NCBI GenBank assembly: GCA_965112155.1
Contig: OZ218105.1
DNA from: Podarcis liolepis
Taxonomy: Eukaryota
DNA length: 64,000 nt
Reading direction: 5' to 3' (one strand)
The translations under genes were made by a program, and so were the position numbers. The notes beneath the pieces were generated by a model. The model saw only the letters and a program-made list of their open reading frames with translations, had not been told where the DNA came from and did not search any database. Below are positions 56,552 to 64,000 of the stretch, one piece after another (position 1 is the stretch's first letter; the number at the start of each line of letters is the position of its first letter).

Positions 56552-59074
56552 TTATTCTGGAAGAAACAAAGGATGATATTCATCAAGAAAGTAGCAAATA
56601 CAGTTTGAAATGAAACCATACAAAAGGGATTCAAATGGTACTCTCACCTGGAGGATATGTTGACTTTCACCTGCATGACTTGGGAGTCCTTCAGAATCAT
56701 TGGAACTCCTTGGATTCAGCTGAGTGTTAGGAGGCTCCACAGAGAAAACAGGAAACAGGGGCCTGAGAAACCTGAACTCGCTGTTCAGAGACCCACCAGC
56801 TAAGCACACCTCATAGTTGTAAGCCTGAGAAAGAGATCCAGCACCAGAATCCACACAGTTCTCCTGGGAATCAGGTCCCACCGGGAAATTGGCTCCAGAG
56901 TTGTAGGTTCCTATGAACTTTTCACGTTTCTGCAACTTGATTACAACAAACGCCACCACAGAAATGAGAAAGATGCTTGAGATGGCAGCCAAGCAGATGA
57001 TCAGATACATCGTCAGGCTGGGGTCTTCCTCCTCCACCGCTTCCTCCTTTGGGAGAGCCACACTTTTCAGATAAGGGTCAGAGAAGCCGTCCACTAGAAG
57101 GATTCTGAGCGTGGCAGAGGTGGACTGGGGAGGATGGCCGTTGTCTCGGACCACCACAATCAGATTCTGCTTGAAGCTGTCTCGGTTGCTGACCGGCCTC
57201 AGGGTGGTCACTTCTCCATTCTGGGCCCCCACCGTGAAGAGACCCGGCTCTGTGGACTTCAGCAGCTGGTAGGAAAGCCAAGAGTTCTGCGCAGAATCCC
57301 TGTCCACAGCCACCACCTTGGTGACCAGGTAGCCAGTCTCTGCCCCTCGGGGAACCAGGTCATTCGAGGGGGAAGTGCCATTCTGGAGAGGGTAGAGGAT
57401 GAAGGGGGCATTGTCATTTTCATCCACCACCTGAACGCGGATGGGAACTTCGGAGCTCAGTGGAGGGGAACCTGAATCCACAGCCCTCACCGTCACCTGG
57501 AAATCTTGTACTTCCTCATAATCCAGAGACCGGATGGCATACAGGTTCCCCGTTTCAGAGTTGATGGAGATGTAAGAGGATGTGGGGCCATCATTGACCT
57601 TCCCAGGCAAAAGCGAGTAGGTCACTTTGGCATTCTGCGCTGTGTCCAGATCAACAGCATGGACGTAACCGATCAGAAGACCTGGAATATTGTTTTCTCT
57701 TAACTGCATTTGATAGAATGGCTTTTCAAACACTGGAGGGTTGTCATTGACATCTGACACTTCAACATGAAGTATTCTTGTGGAAGTGAGTCTGGGAGAG
57801 CCTCTGTCAGTGGCTGTAATGGTGATGTTATACTCAGAGGCTTGTTCTCTGTCCAGTGGTTGTTGGGTCACCAGCTGGTAATAGTTGTTCTCCGTGGGTT
57901 TTAGCACAAATGGCAGGTTGACTTCAGTGGTGCAGGCGGTTCTTCCACTGTCCCCAGAGTCCACATCTGTGACACTGAAGAGGGCCACCACTGTGTCTGG
58001 GGGAGAGTCTTCAGGTAAGGGACTGGTGATGGAAGTGATGGTAATCTCTGGAGCATTGTCGTTCTCATCCTCAATCTCTACGACGACTTTGCAGTAAGCA
58101 GAAAGTCCGCCTCCATCTGTGGCTTTGATGTTCATCTCATAATTTGTATTTTCTTCATAATCAATTGTCCCTGTAAGAGTAAGTTCTCCTGTGTGTTTAT
58201 TTAACTTGAACAATCTCAACACATTTTGTGGCACTTGGCTGAACAAGTAAGTGATTTGAGCGTATGAACCAAAATCCCTGTCAGTAGCTTCAACTTTTGT
58301 GATCTGTGTATCCAATGGGCTGTTTTCCATTAGTCTCACTTTGTACACAGTTTGCTCAAACTGAGGCACATTGTCATTGGCATCCAGAACATCAACAATA
58401 ATTTGCACTGTTCCAGTCCTTTGGGGGATGCCTCCATCAATGGCTGACAGAGTAAGGGAAATCTGTGGGTTTACCTCACGGTCTAATGGTTTCTCTAACA
58501 CCAGTTCTGCATATTTGGTACCAGTATCCATATGATTTTTCTCATCTAGCCTAAAATGTTCATTAGCACTCAGTGTGTAGCTCTGGATAGCATTTTCTCC
58601 TTTGTCTGAATCCTGAGCTGTCTCCAAAGGAAATCGTGTATTTGTTGGAATGTGTTCTGATATCTGAAAAAGGATTTGATTTGTGGAAAATGTGGGGGAA
58701 TTATCATTCACATCCTCTATCTGAACTTCAATTCTATGCAGCTGCAATGGATTTTCCAGCAAGATTTCAGAGAATAGAAGACAAGGATCATTCTGACCAC
58801 ACAGGGATTCTCGATCTATTTTGTCCTTTAATATCAAATCCCCAGAATGTGGATCCAGCTGGAAATACTGCTTGGAGCTCTTAGAAACCAGCCGGGCTCT
58901 CCGAGCCGACAGCTCCTTTGCATCCACTTTCAAATCCTTCAGCACATTTGCCACCAGAGACCCACTTTTCTTTTCCTCCACCACTGAATAGCGAAAGGAC
59001 TCACACATTGCCACACATGCACAGAGATATAGAAAAAAGGACACAACTTGCCTGCTGTTGTGATTTATTTCCAT
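56552..59074 (-). CDS. PCDHB: Clustered protocadherin, beta-type, divergent subfamily B member (gene 10)
   Basis: 840-aa ORF; donor CAG|GTGAGA at 56648/56647. Confidence 0.93.
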   Translation of the reverse strand: MEINHNSRQVVSFFLYLCACVAMCESFRYSVVEEKKSGSLVANVLKDLKVDAKELSARRARLVSKSSKQYFQLDPHSGDLILKDKIDRESLCGQNDPCLLFSEILLENPLQLHRIEVQIEDVNDNSPTFSTNQILFQISEHIPTNTRFPLETAQDSDKGENAIQSYTLSANEHFRLDEKNHMDTGTKYAELVLEKPLDREVNPQISLTLSAIDGGIPQRTGTVQIIVDVLDANDNVPQFEQTVYKVRLMENSPLDTQITKVEATDRDFGSYAQITYLFSQVPQNVLRLFKLNKHTGELTLTGTIDYEENTNYEMNIKATDGGGLSAYCKVVVEIEDENDNAPEITITSITSPLPEDSPPDTVVALFSVTDVDSGDSGRTACTTEVNLPFVLKPTENNYYQLVTQQPLDREQASEYNITITATDRGSPRLTSTRILHVEVSDVNDNPPVFEKPFYQMQLRENNIPGLLIGYVHAVDLDTAQNAKVTYSLLPGKVNDGPTSSYISINSETGNLYAIRSLDYEEVQDFQVTVRAVDSGSPPLSSEVPIRVQVVDENDNAPFILYPLQNGTSPSNDLVPRGAETGYLVTKVVAVDRDSAQNSWLSYQLLKSTEPGLFTVGAQNGEVTTLRPVSNRDSFKQNLIVVVRDNGHPPQSTSATLRILLVDGFSDPYLKSVALPKEEAVEEEDPSLTMYLIICLAAISSIFLISVVAFVVIKLQKREKFIGTYNSGANFPVGPDSQENCVDSGAGSLSQAYNYEVCLAGGSLNSEFRFLRPLFPVFSVEPPNTQLNPRSSNDSEGLPSHAGESQHILQVRVPFESLLYGFISNCICYFLDEYHPLFLPE

Positions 59075-59344
59075 ATTCGCAGCCTCTTCTCCTCTCAGAT
59101 CTGAAACATGTGATGATTCTTTCTAAGACAACTGCCAAAGTTGATTGTCCATTGTAAGTTTGCAAGGTAAACTTTCTTATTTTTAAATCTAGAAATGGAT
59201 ATGGTGCCTATTTCCACACGAAATTTCTATAGCTTTGCTTGTAATGGTGATCTGCTTCCTTTCTCGTTGAGATTCCTTTGTCTGGTGGTTACAGACTTCA
59301 GACAGCAGTTGCTGCTCCTTGATTATTTGTTCTGTGTTGTGTAA

Positions 59345-59363
59345 TAGCACCACCTTGTGCTCA
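59345..59363 (-). promoter_or_regulatory. CSE / CTCF-type motif, gene 10
   Basis: TGAGCACAAGGTGGTGCTA. Confidence 0.72.
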
Positions 59364-59554
59364 AGCTATGATATGATTCCCATAGACTTTGTGACTTTCC
59401 AGACAGAATTAATATAATATTCTATAGCAATGTTTATAATATTTCATAAGGTGTATTCTCATAACCTGTATTTTATATATCAGAGTTGTCAGTAAGGCAC
59501 TTTAGATGTATATTTCCTGCACCCAGGAGGGGGTTGGGCTAGTTGACCCTTGGG

Positions 59555-60304
59555 ATAGAATCATGGAATCATAGAATTGTTGAGGTGGAAGCAACACCAA
59601 GGGTCATCTATTCCCACCCCCTGCAATGCAGGAATCTCAACTAAAGCATCCATGGCAGATGGCCATCCAACCTGTGCTTAAAAACCTCCCAGGAAGGTAG
59701 AACTCACAGCCTCTTGAGGGAGTCTGACTGTTGAACGGCTCTGTCAGAAAGTTCTTCCTGGTGTTTCGTTGGACTCTCCTTTCTTGTAACTTGATGCCAT
59801 CGGTTCAGCTCCTACCCTCTGGAATGTTTGCTCCATCTTCCATGTAAGAGCCCTTAAGATATTTGAAGATGGCTATCACCTATCAGTCATCTGCTCTCAG
59901 TCTCCTCTTCTCCAGGCTAAACATACCCAGCTTCTTCAACCGTTCCTCATAAAGCTTGGTTTCCAGAACTTTTATCACACTGCTTGGCTGCACACATTCC
60001 AGCTGGTCAACATCCTTCTTAAATTGTGACACCCAGAACTGGACACAGCGTTCCAAGTGTGGTCTGAACAAGTCAGAATAGAGTTGTACTATTGCTTCCC
60101 TTGTTCTGGACATTATACTTCTGTTGATGCAGCCTAGAATACCATTAGCTTTTATTTTATTTTTATTTATTTTTTTGTTGCTGCTTCACACATAATGTTA
60201 AGTTTGTGGTCCACTAACACCCCTAGATCCTTTTCACATGTAATATAAGCCATGTATTGCTCATCTTATATTTGTACAGCTGGCTATTACTGCCGAAAGA
60301 GTTT
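59555..60304 (-). mobile_element. Older CR1 3' fragment nested in a plus-strand CR1 tail (59513-59556 + 60305-60339)
   Basis: Degenerate ORF2 C-terminus ([11 protein letters not shown]…[12 protein letters not shown]); ATTCTATG tails in opposite orientations; GAT at both junctions. Confidence 0.8.
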
Positions 60305-60419
60305 GATCCCTTCCAACTCTTCAATTCTATGATTCTATGTCTCACTGACTTATTCATTCAAGCTAAACAAGAAACACAAGACACCCTAATGAGTAGGAAA
60401 ACTTCAGAATGGGAACTGT

Positions 60420-62150
60420 GTACATAGTATCACAGAACTGTGCACCACAGAGATGGATGGATCCTTGTAGATCATCCGGTATAAGCCCTTCATTGATGCA
60501 GGAGATGTACAGCTAAAGTATCTGCAACAAATAGATCCAACAAGATAGTCCCCCACCTGCTGCCAGAATGCTAGGGGGCTATCTATGTTATTCTTAAAGT
60601 GTGGTGTCCAGAACTGGACATAGTAGTCCATGTGAGATCTAACTAGTGTAGTAAAAAAAAACCTGGAACTATTACTTCCCATTAGTTGGAAATAATTGCC
60701 ACTTTTTTGTCTGGGAGGAGAGTCCTGCTGACTCACATGCTGCTTGTGATGAATTTCATTGAGATTCTTTCCACATGTACAAAATTGCAAAACTAGATAT
60801 CCTCCAGATGCATTTCATTTATTTATTTATTGCCTATTTTGTATGCTTTTTTGTTTTTGTTTGCCTATCATGGCTGTTTTGAATTTTATTCCTGTCTTAA
60901 GAGGTCTTAACTACCCTTCTTAATTTTGTGCCACCTGCAAATCTGGTAAGGATTTCTTCCATCTGTTCATATAACTTTCATATAATGGTTTGTTTGAATA
61001 AATATGGCAATATTTGGAATGAGTTTATACAAAATGTAGTAGACTATTAATATATACATACGTATTCAAATAATCACATCAAATTGATAAAAGAATGTAT
61101 GGGTTAGGGTATTTTCCGTATATTGTATATATTCATATATATTTTCTACACATTTTTGTGCCTGGTTTTTTCCTTTTCTTCTATTTTCTTTGCATCACTT
61201 TATTTCTTTATAACTGAAACCTTTTCAATAAAATATATTCATATCATATCATATCACTGTGTAGAGTATCTGGCCCAGGACGGAGCCCTGCTGCCCCCCC
61301 CCCACTCAAAACCACACTTTTATTTGATGCGGAAATACTGATGAGCACTCTTTGATTACAGTTTTCCAACCAGCTATGAATCTACCAGATCATCTAGTTT
61401 GCATATATGTAACCTGCTAACCAAAAGATCATGGACTTTGTTAATTTTTTTCCTGAAGTCAAGGCAAATTGCATCCAGAGCATCCACAAAAAATGGATAT
61501 AAGATTAGTCTGGCAGGATTTATTTTTAACAAATCCATGTTCTCTTCTACTAATCACTGCATTGTTTTCAATATGCTTACAAAATGACTTCTTTGTAATC
61601 GTCTAATATTTTCCTTAGACTCAAAGTCAGATGGAATAGACTCAAATTTCCCAGATCTCTCCCCCCCCCCTTTTTAAGACTGGAGTGACATTTGCCTGTC
61701 TCCAGGCCTGTAACAACTCACCTGCTCTCTAAAATTTCTCACTGTTGATAGAGGGTTTCTGAAAAATTATCAGCAATTCATCTGTCCCTGAAGACTTGAA
61801 CTAATTTAACACAACTAGGTCATCCTTGACCAGCTACTAATCTATCTTGAACTGCAGTCCTGCACCCCAGACATCAGTCCTGCTGCTTATGTAGGGTTGG
61901 ACACAGTTCCCCTTTGGGAGAAGATAAATGCAAAACAGGAGATGAGCAGTTCTGCCTTCTTTTTGTCGTCTGTTACCATTTCACCATCCTTACCTGGAAA
62001 AGCCCCTTTTCTTCCTCACCAGCCTCAGCTCCTTCGTAATATTAGCTTTCCTGACAACTGCCCATAGAATTCAGAGCTACTTGCCTGTGTTCATCCTTGT
62101 TTACCCGTCCTTCCATTTATTATACATGTCTTCCCTACTCTTAATGAACT
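60420..62150 (-). mobile_element. Highly decayed CR1 fragments
   Basis: Patchy, collinear similarity to the young CR1 ORF2 (LVRSHMDYYVQFWTPHFK; RT-region nucleotide matches at 61335-61990). Confidence 0.6.
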
Positions 62151-64000
62151 GTACTGGTTACTGGTTTGTTTCTAGGTTGTTATTCTTCTAATCCATGGCC
62201 ATTGCATTGCTGCCTTGCAATATTGCAGAAATGAGCCTTCTGGCACTGACCATCTGGAACACCCTCCCCCCATGCCATTCAAATTGAATTATTTCTTTTT
62301 GTTTTGTTTTTACCTTCAGCTGTGTTGTCTAAATAAATCCATAATGCTTTCCTCCAGTTTCTTTTGCTGTTGGTTTTGGTATAGTGTACTTTAAGTGCAG
62401 TCACGTTTAATCATATTTTTTGCTGATTTATGGTTGCCCACTTTAAGATACCTTTCTAACTAAACAATATGTAGACTGAGGACTAATCTACACTGGTCAG
62501 TTATAACGTCAAAAATTCGTTATACAAATGTGACACCAGAGGGCATTGTAGAGCAGCAATCCATCATTAATGGGAAACTGAGCTGAGAGCTATATTACAT
62601 TGTGTTGGGGGTTTTTTTGCATTTTCTCAGATCAGTGTATATCCATCCTGAGAGTGTTCCATATGATGCTAGATGCTTTCCAGCATATGCCAAGTTAAGT
62701 TGCAAGCAGAGCATTATTAGCACAATAGAAACCATCTGGAATACAGTTTTCCTAACAGCTGTTAATGAGAACTTTTATGCTAACATAACCAAAAGAAGGC
62801 TGCGCCAAGAAAAGAGGGAGGCAGTTTATTTCTTGATTCCTTCTCCAATGGAGGCCAGTCTTATTATCTAGCAGAGGTTTGGGGAACCTCAGACACAGGT
62901 ACCAAATGCAGCCCTCCAAGCCCCTCTGTCTGACCACACCCCTCTCCCCACGCCACACCCCTCCCTGGCCCAACTTTGTTACTCAAGTCCTTTTGCTTGA
63001 CTGGAGTGAGCCTGTGAATCCTGATCTTGACAATTGCTTACATGGGTTGAGGAATGTCTCAGTGTGTTTAGAAGCTAGCCTACTTGAGGAAGGTAGAATT
63101 TACATTTATTGCTCCACCCACTTTTGCTTCTGGCCCTTCCCAACACTGCCATGTGGCTCTTGGAAGGTGGTCCAGAAGGAAATATAGTCCTTGAGGTGAA
63201 AAAGGCTCTCCTAAGGATTACTGTCTAAGCCTGAGAAAGTAAACGTTGTCGTGAAAGCATCTAGTGAATATGTGAATGGCCCTGTGAAGCGATACTTCTT
63301 TCCTTAAGTCCCCAGATGTCCAGATGAGCCCCAGCAATGAAACAACCAATAAATGCTATCTTCAAGAAGCAAAGTAATATAAAAGGTGTAGAAACAGGTA
63401 GCCGTTGGTCGTCTGCAATATTACCATCTATATGGATTTAGTCCTGCAGTATTTCAATAAGAGTCTGGCCACTCCTGAAATACAGATGCAGAGCAAGGCT
63501 ATTGCAAGGGAAAGGAAATTTTACCTTGAGAGATTCTCTGCTGCTCACAAGGTTGCTTATTGAGTCAATAAACTGCCATTTGCTTTGGTGACTAATCTGG
63601 TGGGGGGTGCTGTGCTCAAATGTCATTTTAGATAGAGAATAACAGGAAACTCACACATTGGTTGTAAGGACTGGCGGAACTACCAAAATCAGAAAAATAT
63701 AGGACAGCATATTTCTTCAAGAAACAGTAAACATGTGCAGCAGAAATACCGGTAACTGCTGCAGAAAATATGTAGATAATATACCTGGATTTCAAAACAC
63801 CTGTTAACATGTATGTGGGAACCCTGCTCCTTCAGGCTGCAGTTGCGGGAGAGGAAGAAAGCCAAAATACTCCACAAACTCCATGTGGCTCCTTTTTCCT
63901 CTCCCCCAAGCTGGTCATTAAAAGCATGTTGTGGTCTTTCAAACTAATGCCTGTGTTTGCTTTCTCCTCACTTCCCTCTCCTTTGTGTTTTGGGTACTGA

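Noticed and set aside
62550-64000. Short ORFs at the window end as a possible further gene
   Set aside because: No recognisable domain, splice structure or repeat family by eye.

Overview
Vertebrate genomic DNA, most likely a lizard: it carries squamate-type CR1 LINEs with (ATTCTATG)n tails and a MIR-derived Squam3-like SINE. The window lies inside the clustered protocadherin locus and holds ten large minus-strand beta-type Pcdh exons (signal peptide, EC1-EC6, TM, 'Y.VCL.GGS..SEFRFLRP' cytoplasmic motif). Two subfamilies alternate strictly (A,B x5), arising from tandem duplication of a ~10 kb two-gene unit, with signs of a higher-order four-gene unit. Nine exons are open; one B gene is broken by a young CR1. 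Every gene has a CTCF-type promoter element (CSE) ~230-280 bp upstream, none with the mammalian CGCT core. Every exon also has a phase-0 splice donor exactly 44 codons from the EFRF motif. Further points of note: a candidate private downstream exon for A genes, an orphan promoter left by a ~9.3 kb deletion, 3'-half homogenisation with EC1-EC3 patchwork, and many TE insertions with readable TSDs. These include a solo LTR ending in tandem tRNA-Leu PBS-like units and LTR-borne CTCF motifs. All alignments were done by eye.
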